Shown here in pieces: positions 42,492 to 52,768 of a DNA stretch of 64,000 nucleotides. Both the position numbers and the translations under genes were made by a program. Origin of the DNA: an uncultured Planctomycetota bacterium (lineage in GTDB: Bacteria > Planctomycetota > Planctomycetia > Isosphaerales > Isosphaeraceae); assembly GCA_963737655.1 (NCBI GenBank), contig CAVTTN010000002.1:32001-96000 (forward strand), read 5' to 3'. The notes under the pieces are model-generated. The model searched no databases and was not told the origin of the DNA. It saw only the letters and a list, made by a program, of their open reading frames with translations. Positions within the stretch are counted from its first letter, which is position 1; each line of letters opens with the position of its first letter.

Positions 42492-42501
42492 GCCGAGCGG
42501 A

Positions 42502-43791
42502 TCACGATTGGTGGACGTTCTGCGGTCGAGACGATGGAGTGGCCCTCTCGGCCGGATCGCTCCGCCAGCCGGCGACCGCCCGGATCGAACCTCGGGCCCG
42601 GGAGAGCCACGACGCGAGCCGCCAGGCCGAGCTCGCCCGGATCGATCGGAGCTGGGTCTCCGCCGATTCGAGCCGGTCCCAGAGGTGCTGGGAGACCCTC
42701 TCTCTGGCATCGAGTTCCGCCCGGAGGACCCGGCGGTCTTCCTGATCGGCCTGCTCGCGATCCCCGATCCTCCAGATCGTTTCGAGGTGCTGCTCGCGGA
42801 GTGCCCGGAGGTCGTTGGCGGCCTGGAGGGCGAGGTCCTCGGCGACGGCGAGCCGGCCTTCGAGAGCGGCGATCGTCGCCTCCCGGTCGTCGAGGTCGGC
42901 CCGGGCCCGTTCGAGGCTCCGATCCCTCTCGTGAACCGTCGAGGCGGCGATCCGGGTCTGGTCCCGGCTGGCCGCCAGCTCGGTTCGGAGGGCCGAGATC
43001 GCCGAATCCGTCTCGGCGAGGGCCGCGGCGGAGAGGGCCGCCTGGTTCTCCATCGCGCCGATCCGGGCCACGCCCTCGGCGACCCGGCGATCCGCCTCGA
43101 TCAGGAGGTTCTGGTGCTCGACGAGCGATTCGCGGGCCCCGAGGTTGTCCTGCCAGAGCTTCCAGAACCGCCGCTCGTAGGCCGCGACGACCCGGGGGAT
43201 CGGGTCTCGGGCCTTGCGGAACCGGGTGGCCCATCGCGTGATGAAGCTGGCGTCGAAGTCCACGTCGCGGAAGAACCCGTGGCGGGCGAACAGCTCCGCC
43301 CAGTACTCCGGGGGCTGGACGTTGAAGTGGCTCGCTTCCTTGTAGTCGAACGGGGTGGACGAGAAGACGATGTCGTCGGCCAGGGCGCAGAAGTTGGCGA
43401 TGGCGGCCTCGGCCTGCTCGGGCGGGAGATGCTCCAGGACCTCGATGGTCACCAGGAGGTCGAATCGCTCGTCGGGCAGGGGGTCGGTGATCGAGTGGAC
43501 CCGGCAGAACGGGCGGATTCGTTCGTGGGCCCGGGAGATCGCGTATTCGGAGATGTCGATCCCGAAGGCCGCGACGTCGCGATCGCGGAGGCTCTCGACG
43601 AGGATGCCCATCGCGCATCCGGCGTCTAGGACGGTCCGGGGCGCGATGTCGCGGACGATCCTCTCGGCGATCCCTCCGAAGAAGGCCATCCAGTGGGGGT
43701 CTCGGCCGTAGGGAAGGCCGCAGCAGTGCTCGAAGTAGTAGGCGCCGTAATGGCACGGTTCGGCGTCCCGTCGTTCCCCGTCGTCGTCCAT
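42502..43791 (-). CDS. SAM methyltransferase with C-terminal coiled coil (WbdD-like architecture)
   Basis: VLDAGCAMG, EVLEH, long heptad region, terminal SSAWRLASWL. Confidence 0.8.
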   Translation of the reverse strand: MDDDGERRDAEPCHYGAYYFEHCCGLPYGRDPHWMAFFGGIAERIVRDIAPRTVLDAGCAMGILVESLRDRDVAAFGIDISEYAISRAHERIRPFCRVHSITDPLPDERFDLLVTIEVLEHLPPEQAEAAIANFCALADDIVFSSTPFDYKEASHFNVQPPEYWAELFARHGFFRDVDFDASFITRWATRFRKARDPIPRVVAAYERRFWKLWQDNLGARESLVEHQNLLIEADRRVAEGVARIGAMENQAALSAAALAETDSAISALRTELAASRDQTRIAASTVHERDRSLERARADLDDREATIAALEGRLAVAEDLALQAANDLRALREQHLETIWRIGDREQADQEDRRVLRAELDARERVSQHLWDRLESAETQLRSIRASSAWRLASWLSRARGSIRAVAGWRSDPAERATPSSRPQNVHQS

Positions 43792-43978
43792 GACCCTGGC
43801 CTCGCTCGGTCCTTCGCGGATAGGCGGTTCGCAAGGTTGGGCCAGGGGGGCCGCCCTTCCTCGCCATCGATGGCCCTCCGGGCGGGGTCCGTGCCCCGGT
43901 GGAATGGCGATCATCGGCTTGTTTCCTGGTATCGGTCGGGCCCACGGGGGCCCTTTGGCCGGGCGAGCGGCGGACTGC

Positions 43979-46057
43979 TCAATGATCGCGGGTCGCCCGC
44001 GACCGGCCGAAGAGGCGGGGCCGATAGATCGCGCCTGCGTGATCGGCCTGGCCGGGCGCCTGCCCCCGGAGCCTCTTCATCCCGGCCCAGGAACCCAGGA
44101 CGGCGAGCTTCGCCGCCCGGTGGATCGGCCCGAGCCGCTTCAGGCCCGAATTGAGCTTGTCCGCCACCTTGTAGCGGACCGGCTTCGGCGGGAGCGGCAG
44201 CACCACCGGGACCTCGATGATCTGTGGGGGAGGCGCCGGGGGAGCCGGGAGCGCCGGGGCCAGCATCGGCCAGAGGTGGTCCATCGAATGGCTCAGGTAG
44301 CGGACCCTCCAGTACGCGAAGGTCTTGCCGTGCCTCTCGTGGAGGGCCGCCAGCTCGGGCTCCTCGTGGCAATATCCCCGAGACTTCCCCTCGTGATGGA
44401 TGCCCATCAACGTCCCGAAGTAGTAATTGCGATACCCCGCCTCCAGGGCCCGGGCGCACATGTCCACGTCCCCGTAGCCGTTCGGGAAGATCACTTCCTC
44501 CAGGCCGCCGAGTTCCAGGAAGGTCTCTCGCCGGGTCATGGCGCAGGCGAAGGTGACCCCGAAGACCGCGTGCTCGTCGTGGACGAACTCCCGTTGCGTC
44601 CGGGCGTAGCCCATCAGGTTGTAGCCGGACCCGCCGATGAGCTCCAGGATGCGGATCCCTCCGTGCTGGATCTCCCGGCCGTCGGGATAGACGAGCTTGA
44701 TCCCGACGTGCCCGGCGGTCCGGTCGGCCAGGAGCTGCATGGCCATCGTCTGGAGGGCGTCCGGGCTGCGGATCTCGACGTCGTTGTTGAGGAACAGGAG
44801 GAGGTCCTTGCCGTCTCCCCGCTCCGCGATCGCCCGATTGTGGAGCCTGGCGTAGTTGAACGGTCCGTCGTGGGGGAGGATCTCGTAGGAGTTCTTCCGG
44901 GGTTTCTCCAGCCAGGCTTCCAGGGCGGAAATGGTCCCGGGTTCGCTCGATCGATTGTCGATCAGGGCCACGAAGACGTCGAGCTCGTGCCTCTGGGATT
45001 CGAGCGATTCGAGGCACTTGAGGGTCATCGCCGGCTGGTCCTTGAACGGGACCATGATCATCAGCGAAGGCCGTTCCCGGCCCTCGATCGACCTCAGGCG
45101 GATGTTCAGGTGGACCTCGCCCTTCCTGGCCGCCGGCAGGGAGAACTGCGCCCGGGCGTTGGGGTAGGCCAGGGGGACCATCTCGTCCAGGAGCCAGCTT
45201 TGACGCTGGGGGACCTCGGGCTTGGCGTCGAGCGACGAGGAGCAGCTGGTGGGCGTGGCCCTCCAGTAATAGAGGAACAGGGGGACATGGACCGGCCGGA
45301 CCTGGCCGGTCAGGGCGACCCGGAGGTACAGGTCATGGTCCTCGACGCCGTCATACTCGGAGCGGAACACCCGGCCGTCGGAGCGCGCGGCCATGACCAG
45401 ATCGCGGCGGATGGCCGTGAAATGGCAGACGTAATTCACCCGGAGGAGCGTGAAGAGGTCGAACGGAGGCTTGGTGATGAACCCGTACACCCGGGTGGTG
45501 GCGTCGTCGAGCTGGGCCTCGTTGGAGAAGACCAGGTTGGTGTCGGGCTTCGCCGAGATCTGCCGGGCGTAGGTGCTCAGGGCCATCGGGTGGAGCAGGT
45601 CGTCGTGGTCGAGGATGCAGAGGAAGTCGCCGATCGACTGCTCGATGGCGTCGTTCCGGGCGCCGCCGATCCCGACGTTCTCCTCGCGGAGGTAGAGCTT
45701 GATCCGGGAGTCCCGATTGGCCCATTCCCGGGCGACCTCGAAGTGGTCCTGCCTCGGGCTGCCGTCGTCCAGGAGGATCAGCTCCCAGCCGGGATACGCC
45801 TGGAGGCGGACCGAGAGGATCAGCTCCCGGAGGAGCCTGGGCGGCGTGTTGTACATCGGGGTGATCAGCGAGAAGAGCGGGCGGACGGGCAGCTCGGCCA
45901 CCCGGGCGGCCTCGCCTCGCAAGGCCCGGATCAATAGCTGGGGGTCCTGAGGGCCGGCATCGATGACCCACGGGACCGACCGGAGGAAGCGGGTCTCTTC
46001 CGTCTCCACGGTCACCGTGCCGAGGTAATCGCCGACCGGATCGAGGCTCCGGGCCAT
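43979..46057 (-). CDS. Two-domain GT2 glycosyltransferase
   Basis: PMYNT, LDDGS, LDHDD, EDHDL; then VPFKD, FLNNDVE, VTFAC, DVDMC. Confidence 0.92.
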   Translation of the reverse strand: MARSLDPVGDYLGTVTVETEETRFLRSVPWVIDAGPQDPQLLIRALRGEAARVAELPVRPLFSLITPMYNTPPRLLRELILSVRLQAYPGWELILLDDGSPRQDHFEVAREWANRDSRIKLYLREENVGIGGARNDAIEQSIGDFLCILDHDDLLHPMALSTYARQISAKPDTNLVFSNEAQLDDATTRVYGFITKPPFDLFTLLRVNYVCHFTAIRRDLVMAARSDGRVFRSEYDGVEDHDLYLRVALTGQVRPVHVPLFLYYWRATPTSCSSSLDAKPEVPQRQSWLLDEMVPLAYPNARAQFSLPAARKGEVHLNIRLRSIEGRERPSLMIMVPFKDQPAMTLKCLESLESQRHELDVFVALIDNRSSEPGTISALEAWLEKPRKNSYEILPHDGPFNYARLHNRAIAERGDGKDLLLFLNNDVEIRSPDALQTMAMQLLADRTAGHVGIKLVYPDGREIQHGGIRILELIGGSGYNLMGYARTQREFVHDEHAVFGVTFACAMTRRETFLELGGLEEVIFPNGYGDVDMCARALEAGYRNYYFGTLMGIHHEGKSRGYCHEEPELAALHERHGKTFAYWRVRYLSHSMDHLWPMLAPALPAPPAPPPQIIEVPVVLPLPPKPVRYKVADKLNSGLKRLGPIHRAAKLAVLGSWAGMKRLRGQAPGQADHAGAIYRPRLFGRSRATRDH

Positions 46058-46366
46058 CGCACACTCCCTTGTGCACTCGTTCCTGAAAGCCGCCCGTCAC
46101 GTTCCGGGGCGAGGGCGGCGGGATTTCAATCCATCTCTTCGACACCGGCAAGGCCACTTCGCCACGATTGCGCCATCGCGACCGCCAGATTCAAGCCAGG
46201 CCGCAGGACCCGACGATCTTCCCCGGACGAGCGGCCGAGGAATTCTCGCGTTGACGCCCGGCCGATCCCGGCCTAGAAAGGGCCTCTGCGCGGGTCGTGT
46301 CGCGACGAGAACGGTTTCCCCGCCCCCCGACCCTCGGGGGAGGGAAAGGGCAAGGAGGCTCGATCG

Positions 46367-47080
46367 ATGGGTTTGCTGACCAGGCTGATGCCCGCCAAGG
46401 ACCGCGTCCAGGCCGGCTTCGACAAGCTCGGCCCGTGGGTCACCCAGTTCCGGATCAACGGCAAGACTTATGGAGGGAACCAGCCGTTCTACGGCGACCC
46501 CCGCGTCTTGCAGATGTTCAAGTCGTTCTCCAACGTCAAGACGATCCTGGAGCTCGGCAGCCTCGAAGGCGGCCAGTCCTTCGAGCTCGCCCGCCAGAGG
46601 GGCGTGGAGAAGGTCGTCGGCGTCGAGGGCCGTCAGTACAACATCGACAAGGCGAACTTCGTCAAGAAGGTCCTGGAGGTCAAGAACGTCGAGTTCGTCC
46701 TCGGGAACCTGGAAGACGGCCTCAGCCAGTACGGCCAGTTCGACGCCGTGTTCTGCTGCGGCCTGCTCTACCACCTGCCCCGCCCGTGGGTCCTCCTGGA
46801 CGCCTTCCGCGCGGCGGCGCCCCGGCTGGTCCTCAGCACCCACTATTCGCTGGAATCGGGGGTGAAGGAGGTCAACGAAGGGTTCCCCGGCCACTGGTAC
46901 GGCGAATACGGCCACGGCGACCCGCTCAGCGGCCTCTCCCCGCAGTCCTACTGGATCACCCTGGCCTCGATGACCGCCCGGCTCAAGCAGGCCGGCTTCG
47001 AGAACGTCGAGGTGATCTCCGAGGAGCCCCACCCCCACGGGCCCATCCTGCTCCTGACCGCCTGGTCGGGCAAGCCCTGA
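46367..47080 (+). CDS. Class I SAM methyltransferase
   Basis: LELGSLEGG, GVEGR, FDAVFCCGLLYHL. Confidence 0.88.
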   Translation: MGLLTRLMPAKDRVQAGFDKLGPWVTQFRINGKTYGGNQPFYGDPRVLQMFKSFSNVKTILELGSLEGGQSFELARQRGVEKVVGVEGRQYNIDKANFVKKVLEVKNVEFVLGNLEDGLSQYGQFDAVFCCGLLYHLPRPWVLLDAFRAAAPRLVLSTHYSLESGVKEVNEGFPGHWYGEYGHGDPLSGLSPQSYWITLASMTARLKQAGFENVEVISEEPHPHGPILLLTAWSGKP

Positions 47081-47405
47081 CCCCGGTTCAGGCGCCCGGC
47101 AGGGCCGGTTCCTTCTCGGCCCGCCTCGGGACGAACACGGGCTCCGGGGACTCGCCCGGAGCCTGCCCTCCCGGGACCCGTCTTCCCCGCTCCGCCCTTC
47201 GGGAATCGAAACGGCACCGGCTCCCGAGCGGTCCCGGTCGTCGCGAGAGACGTGCCGATCGCCGGACGCTTCCGCCTTTCTCGGGGGCATTCCCCCTCGA
47301 CCCGACGCCTAGAATTCCAGGCCGCCGGTCGATCTCGGACAGGGGAACGCGTTCCCCGAGGCCTCGGCCGCGACGAGACCGGCGAGATTCCTGGAGCCGA
47401 CCCCC

Positions 47406-48578
47406 TTGATCCGCCTCCTCTCCTCGACGCGACGCCCGGCCCTCGGGTTGATCCTGGGACTCGGCCTGCTGGCGGTGACCCTCGGCGTCCTGGAGCTCTG
47501 GTTCATCGGCGCCGGACCCCTGGCGAGCCCGCGCCCGCCCGGCGCCGCGGCGGTGATCCCCGGCGCCCTGACCTTCACGGAGTTCGAGACCGGTCCGCCC
47601 TCGAAGGACCCGGTGATCGAGGACTTTCGTCGGGCGTGGACGCCGATCAACACGGCCGGAGACGTCGGCCCCGACGCGTGGAAGTCCCGGATGACGGCCC
47701 TCCACGAGTTCGCCCGGCTGGGGACCGGCTCGATCCCGTCCCTGGTCGAGGGCCTCCACGACCCCGATCCCCAGGTTCGGGCCCTGTGCGCCCAGGGACT
47801 CGGGTACGTCGGCGACGAGACCTCGTCCTCGCTCCTCGATCGAGCCATCCGCGAGGACCCGGACCTCATCGTCCGGGTCTATGCCGCGATCGCCCGGAGC
47901 ATGATCGGGGGGATGGCCCGGGGGCCGGTCTATGAAGACCTGATCCGTCGGGAACCCAACCAGCTCGTCAAGATGAGGCTGGATCTGGCCTTACGGCGAG
48001 GCCCCGCGCCCCGTCCGAACGCCCTGAGAGACGACCTCGCCCACTTCGACCTGGCCCGGATGGGGACGGCCCGACTCGGCGAGATGGCCCCGGACTTCGA
48101 CCTCACCGACCTGGACGGCCGCCACGTCCGTCTGAGCGACTTCCGAGGCAAGAAGGACGTGGCCGTGGTCTTCCTCTACGGCGTGAATTGCATGTTCTGC
48201 ACGGGCCAGATGTCGCGTCTCTTTCACGACCTGGACCGATTCGACGCCGCCAAGGTGCAGGTCCTGATCGTGGAATCCCACGAGCCGTACCGGGTCCGCG
48301 AGACCCTGGGCGGATCGCGGGCCTCGCCCGACCCTCGCCTGCCGATCCTCTGCGACCCATCCCACGTCGTCTCCGCAACTTACGGCGTGGCGTTCCAGAT
48401 GGACCATACCGAGTGGCTGAACCTCCCGTCCACCTTCCTGATCGATCGGCGGGGGGTCGTCCGGAAGATCCACCGATCGGCCACGGTCGCCGATCGCCTC
48501 TGGCCGGATCAGATCCTCGAAGAATGCGCCCGCTGGGAGAAATCCGACGCCTCGGCTCCGGCGTCCAAGGCGCCTTGA
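47406..48578 (+). CDS. HEAT-repeat plus redoxin (AhpC/TSA-like) fusion
   Basis: N-terminal TM, HEAT repeats, APDFDL..LSDFRGK, CMFC, PSTFLID. Confidence 0.8.
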   Translation: MIRLLSSTRRPALGLILGLGLLAVTLGVLELWFIGAGPLASPRPPGAAAVIPGALTFTEFETGPPSKDPVIEDFRRAWTPINTAGDVGPDAWKSRMTALHEFARLGTGSIPSLVEGLHDPDPQVRALCAQGLGYVGDETSSSLLDRAIREDPDLIVRVYAAIARSMIGGMARGPVYEDLIRREPNQLVKMRLDLALRRGPAPRPNALRDDLAHFDLARMGTARLGEMAPDFDLTDLDGRHVRLSDFRGKKDVAVVFLYGVNCMFCTGQMSRLFHDLDRFDAAKVQVLIVESHEPYRVRETLGGSRASPDPRLPILCDPSHVVSATYGVAFQMDHTEWLNLPSTFLIDRRGVVRKIHRSATVADRLWPDQILEECARWEKSDASAPASKAP

Positions 48579-48757
48579 TCGGCCCGGGGAGGAATCGTCC
48601 CGGTCGCATCGAACCGCCGGGCTGGGAAGGTCGTTGTCTATAATGGGCACGAGCCTTCCCTTTCCGGGTCCGGCGGGAAGAGGCTTGCTTCAAGCCCGGG
48701 AGACGGCCGGTTGAGACGGCGCTCTCCGGGCGGCCAAGCCGGACGAGGTCGAACATC

Positions 48758-51343
48758 ATGGCGGAACGCGAACTGCTGCCCGTCCTGCCGTTGAGGGGGA
48801 CGGTCATCTTCCCGGAGATCACGGTGCCGATCGCGGCCGGTCGGCCGGGGACGCTCCGGGCCATCGAATCGGCGCTGAAGGCGGACGGCCGGGTCTTCGC
48901 CGTCGCCCAGAGGGACCTTTCCGATGAGCCCGGCCCCGAGGGGCTGTATCCGATCGGCGTGATCGCTCGGATCGGCCAGGTCCAGAGGGGACTTGGCGGC
49001 GTCCAGCTCCTGTTGCAAGGCGAGAGGCGGGCCCAGGCCCTCCATTACCATTCCGGCGAGGCCTTCCTCTCGGCCGACGTGGTCCCGATGGCCGAGATGG
49101 GGCCGATCAACCCGGCCGATCCCGCGTTCGCCGCCCTCTATCGCGAGGCCCGCGAACGGGCGATGGAGCTCGGCGAGAAGCGGGGGATGCCCGAGGAAGT
49201 CCTCCACAACGTCCTGGACAACGTGACCGAGCCCGGCCGGTTCGCGGACCTGGTCGCCGGCTACGTCGAGCTGCCGACGGCCGAGAAGCAGAGCCTCCTG
49301 GAAACCCTGGCCGTCGAGGATCGGCTCCGCCGCGTCCTGGTCCACGTCCAGAGGCAGATCGGGATGATGAATGCCCAGGCCGAGATCAAGTCCCAGGTCC
49401 AGGAAGAACTCGGCGAGCGGCAGCGCGAGATGTACCTCCGCGAGCAGCTCCGGGCGATCCAGAAGGAGCTGGGCGAGGACGATTCGAGCCGGGAGGTCGT
49501 CGATCTCCGCGAGAAGCTGGAGAAGCTCGACCTGCCCAAGGAAGCCCGGGCCGAGGTGGACCGCGAACTCGGCCGCCTGGAGCGATCGGGCCGCGAGTCG
49601 GTCGAGGCCCAGGTCATCCGCACCTACCTCGAATGGGTCGCCGAGCTCCCGTGGAATCGCCGGTCCGACGACGACCTGGACCTGAACCGGGCCGTCACCG
49701 TCCTGGACGAGGACCATTACGGCCTGAACGACGTGAAGGACCGCGTCCTGGAATTCCTGGCGGTCCGTCAGCTTCGGGCCCGGGAACTCGAGCGTGAGGT
49801 GCAGGTCTCGGGCGAAGTCCCGGCCGAGAAATTGAGCGAGGAGAAGGACGCGGCCGCCGTGACCCGGCCCGACGCCCCTTCCGAGGGGAAGCCGATCACC
49901 GACGCGACCGAGGCCAAGGCCCGGGCGATGGCCAAGGGGCCGATCTTGCTGTTCGTCGGCCCTCCCGGCGTGGGCAAGACGTCGATCGCCAAGAGCATCG
50001 CCAGGGCCCTGGGCCGGAAGTACGTCCGGGCCGCCCTGGGAGGGGTCCGCGACGAGGCCGACATCCGCGGGCATCGCCGGACCTACGTCGGCGCGATGCC
50101 CGGGAGGATCATCCAGGGCCTGAAGCAGGCCGGGACCAAGAACCCGGTGTTCCTCCTCGACGAGGTGGACAAGCTCGGCGTGAGCCTCCAGGGCGATCCC
50201 TCCAGCGCCCTGCTCGAAGTCCTCGACCCGGCCCAGAACGACTCGTTCACGGACCATTACCTGAACATCCCGTTCGACCTCAGCGAGGTCCTGTTCATCG
50301 CCACGGCGAACTTCATCCAGAACATCCCCGGCCCGCTGCTGGACCGGATGGAGGTCGTCGATTTCTCCGGCTACACCGAGCGCGAGAAGGCCGAGATCGC
50401 CAAGAAGTACCTGATCCCCAAGGGGATCGAGGAGGCGGGGCTGAAGGACCGGGGGGTCACCTTCACCGACGCGGCCGTGATGTCCCTGGTCAGCCGATAC
50501 ACCCGGGAGAGCGGGGTCCGGCAACTGGAACGGCAGGTCGGCGCGGTGGCGAGGAAGGTCGCGAGGAAGATCGCGGCCGGCGAGCCGATGGACCGGACGA
50601 TCACCCCGGAGGCGGTCCGCGACCTTCTGGGACGGCCGAAGGTCCACCCCGAGCACGCCGCCCCGGTCGACGAGGTGGGCGTGGCCACCGGCATGTATTA
50701 CACCCCGGCCGGCGGCGACATCATGTTCGTCGAGGCCGCCATCCGCCGTCTCGGGCCCTCCGAACCCCGGGCCGAGGGTTCGACGACCGAGGCCGGCTGG
50801 GGCAACGTCGGCCTGATCCTCACCGGCCAGCTCGGCGACGTCATGAAGGAATCCGCGAGGGCCGCCATGACCTACGCCGTGACTCACGCCTCCTCGCTCG
50901 GCATCCCCAACGATCGGCTCGGCTCGATCGAGGCCCACGTCCACGTCCCCGCCGGCGCGATCCCCAAGGACGGGCCGAGCGCGGGAGTCGCGATGGCCAC
51001 GGCCCTGATCTCGGCCATGAGCGGCAGGCCGGTCCGCCGAGACCTGGCCATGACCGGCGAGGTCACGCTCCGGGGCCGTGTCCTGCCGATCGGGGGCGTG
51101 AAGGAAAAGGTCCTCGGCGCCCATCGGGCCGGGATCACCCACGTGATCCTGCCCAGGGACAACGAGGCGGACCTGGACGACGTGCCGCAGGAGGTCCGCG
51201 ACGCCCTGAAGTTCACGTGCGTCTCGAAGCTCGACGAGGTGTTCCCGATCGCCCTGCTCGGCGGGGCGTCAGCGGCGTCCACCGGATCGAACGGCCGATC
51301 GCGAGAAGAAGCCCCCGGAGTGCTCGCGGCCCGAGGGGCGTGA
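48758..51343 (+). CDS. lon: ATP-dependent Lon protease
   Basis: LPVLPLR, GPPGVGKTS, GHRRTYVGAMPG, PKDGPSAG, IGGVKEK. Confidence 0.97.
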   Translation: MAERELLPVLPLRGTVIFPEITVPIAAGRPGTLRAIESALKADGRVFAVAQRDLSDEPGPEGLYPIGVIARIGQVQRGLGGVQLLLQGERRAQALHYHSGEAFLSADVVPMAEMGPINPADPAFAALYREARERAMELGEKRGMPEEVLHNVLDNVTEPGRFADLVAGYVELPTAEKQSLLETLAVEDRLRRVLVHVQRQIGMMNAQAEIKSQVQEELGERQREMYLREQLRAIQKELGEDDSSREVVDLREKLEKLDLPKEARAEVDRELGRLERSGRESVEAQVIRTYLEWVAELPWNRRSDDDLDLNRAVTVLDEDHYGLNDVKDRVLEFLAVRQLRARELEREVQVSGEVPAEKLSEEKDAAAVTRPDAPSEGKPITDATEAKARAMAKGPILLFVGPPGVGKTSIAKSIARALGRKYVRAALGGVRDEADIRGHRRTYVGAMPGRIIQGLKQAGTKNPVFLLDEVDKLGVSLQGDPSSALLEVLDPAQNDSFTDHYLNIPFDLSEVLFIATANFIQNIPGPLLDRMEVVDFSGYTEREKAEIAKKYLIPKGIEEAGLKDRGVTFTDAAVMSLVSRYTRESGVRQLERQVGAVARKVARKIAAGEPMDRTITPEAVRDLLGRPKVHPEHAAPVDEVGVATGMYYTPAGGDIMFVEAAIRRLGPSEPRAEGSTTEAGWGNVGLILTGQLGDVMKESARAAMTYAVTHASSLGIPNDRLGSIEAHVHVPAGAIPKDGPSAGVAMATALISAMSGRPVRRDLAMTGEVTLRGRVLPIGGVKEKVLGAHRAGITHVILPRDNEADLDDVPQEVRDALKFTCVSKLDEVFPIALLGGASAASTGSNGRSREEAPGVLAARGA

Positions 51344-51359
51344 GCGAGCCGGGGCGGTC

Positions 51360-51395
51360 GGGTGGCATGCTTACGTCTTCGTAAGCATGCCACCC
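51360..51395. repeat. REP-like palindrome (GTGG type), related to 53681-53722
   Basis: gggtggcatgcttacg-tctt-cgtaagcatgccaccc. Confidence 0.8.
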
Positions 51396-51455
51396 AATCG
51401 AGGTCTCGGGCGAGATCAGAGGAGATCGAACTCGCAGACGGTCACGTCAACACCC

Positions 51456-51516
51456 CGTAGGGCAGGCCTCGGCCTGCCGTCCTCGCGGATCTCGGCAAGC
51501 CGAGGCCTGCCCTACG
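51456..51516. repeat. GTAG-type REP doublet
   Basis: cgtagggcaggcctcggcctgccg ... cggcaagccgaggcctgccctacg. Confidence 0.8.
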
Positions 51517-51551
51517 AGGATCCAATCCGGCTGAGAAATCCGCGTCTAGCA

Positions 51552-51625
51552 CGAGTAGGTCCGACTTCAGTCGGGCCTACAAAACAAGACGTTTTTGTAG
51601 GCCCGACTGAAGTCGGACCTACTCG
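51552..51625. repeat. Second, different GTAG-type REP doublet
   Basis: cgagtaggtccgacttcagtcgggcctacaaaa ... ttttgtaggcccgactgaagtcggacctactcg. Confidence 0.85.
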
Positions 51626-51662
51626 ATTCCTGACTAACCCGGGTTTTTCTACAGGGTAGCGA

Positions 51663-52058
51663 CTAGAGGATATCGAACTCGCGGACGGTCACGTAAAGCT
51701 CCTGGCAGGTCTCGGCGATCCGGTCGCCGAGGCCCTGGTGCTTGCTCTCCAACTGGGCGGAGTACATGCCCAGGATCTTGCAGAGGAAGGCGGCGTGGCC
51801 GGGCTCGGCCTCGGTGGCGAGGTGGGCCAGCGAATCCTCGATCTGGTCGGCCAGATAGAGGAGGAACTGGGCCTGGCCCTTGACCTCGGCGAGCGATCGG
51901 GCGAGCTCGGGGGAGATCACCCGGAGGGGCGCCGGGCCGGACAGCGAGGCGGACGACGAGAGGGAGGCGGAAGGGGACGAGGCGTCGCGATTCGGGGCGG
52001 TCACGCAGCCGAGCAACGTCGCTCCTCCCCCGCCGAACGGGCGGGGTTCCGGGGTCAT
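51663..52058 (-). CDS. Small helical hypothetical protein
   Basis: ATG overlaps the upstream stop (ATGA); KGQAQFLLYL...EPGHAAFLCKILGMY. Confidence 0.75.
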   Translation of the reverse strand: MTPEPRPFGGGGATLLGCVTAPNRDASSPSASLSSSASLSGPAPLRVISPELARSLAEVKGQAQFLLYLADQIEDSLAHLATEAEPGHAAFLCKILGMYSAQLESKHQGLGDRIAETCQELYVTVREFDIL

Positions 52059-52390
52059 GCCGCGTCTCCGTTGCGAAGGGCCGAGGACGGGGTCCGCGAA
52101 GCCGACGACATCGACGGCGCCACCGCGGCTTCCAGGCTGCCGCACAGCTCGCCCATCAGGCGCATGTTCTCGCACTCGACCGAGAGGTTCGAGGCGTGCA
52201 TCTCGATCAGTTGGCGGAGGAAGATCCGCGTGCCCGGGTCATTCTCGCTCTGGAACCGATCGACGTCGGCCACGGCCGCGCGGACGAGGTAGTCCATGAA
52301 CTGGAGCTTCCCCCGGATCGAGGTGCAGAGCTTGTCGAGCTGCTGACGATCCGAGCTGGCCTGAGTCACCGGGGCAGTCAGTTGCGACAT
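52055..52390 (-). CDS. Small helical hypothetical protein
   Basis: GGAG RBS; MSQLTAP...RGKLQFMDYL...DPGTRIFLRQLIEMH. Confidence 0.75.
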   Translation of the reverse strand: MSQLTAPVTQASSDRQQLDKLCTSIRGKLQFMDYLVRAAVADVDRFQSENDPGTRIFLRQLIEMHASNLSVECENMRLMGELCGSLEAAVAPSMSSASRTPSSALRNGDAA

Positions 52391-52768
52391 CCCTATCTCC
52401 CCGACCCATCCGGGCCGGTCGCGAATGGTCTCCCCTCGCGGGCTCCAACCCGCGAGGCGCTCGGCGTTCCCGCCATCCCGGCGCGAGGCCGGGCGAAGAG
52501 GGGGCGGTGCGCGTCGCGTCCTGAGTGCTTCGCAAGTTAACCAACGTCCGGCGATTCCGCAAGCGCCCAGCCGGACGGGCCGAGGTCTTGCGACCGAAGC
52601 GTCACGTTTCCATACTGTTCGGGCGGGGCGATTTCTCGCTTTTTTTGCGCGGAGGCCCCGGGGCGCGGGTAGGATGCTCGCCGGCCTGCCGCCGGTCCGC
52701 GACCCGGGCCCTCGCCCCGCTCCGCTTGCCTCGCCGTTCGAACCAGCCCGCCAGAGGAGAACCGTTCC

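Noticed and set aside
51360..51625. CRISPR array
   Set aside because: These are inverted repeats of different sequence, with no regularly spaced direct repeats or cas genes; no array was seen anywhere in the window.
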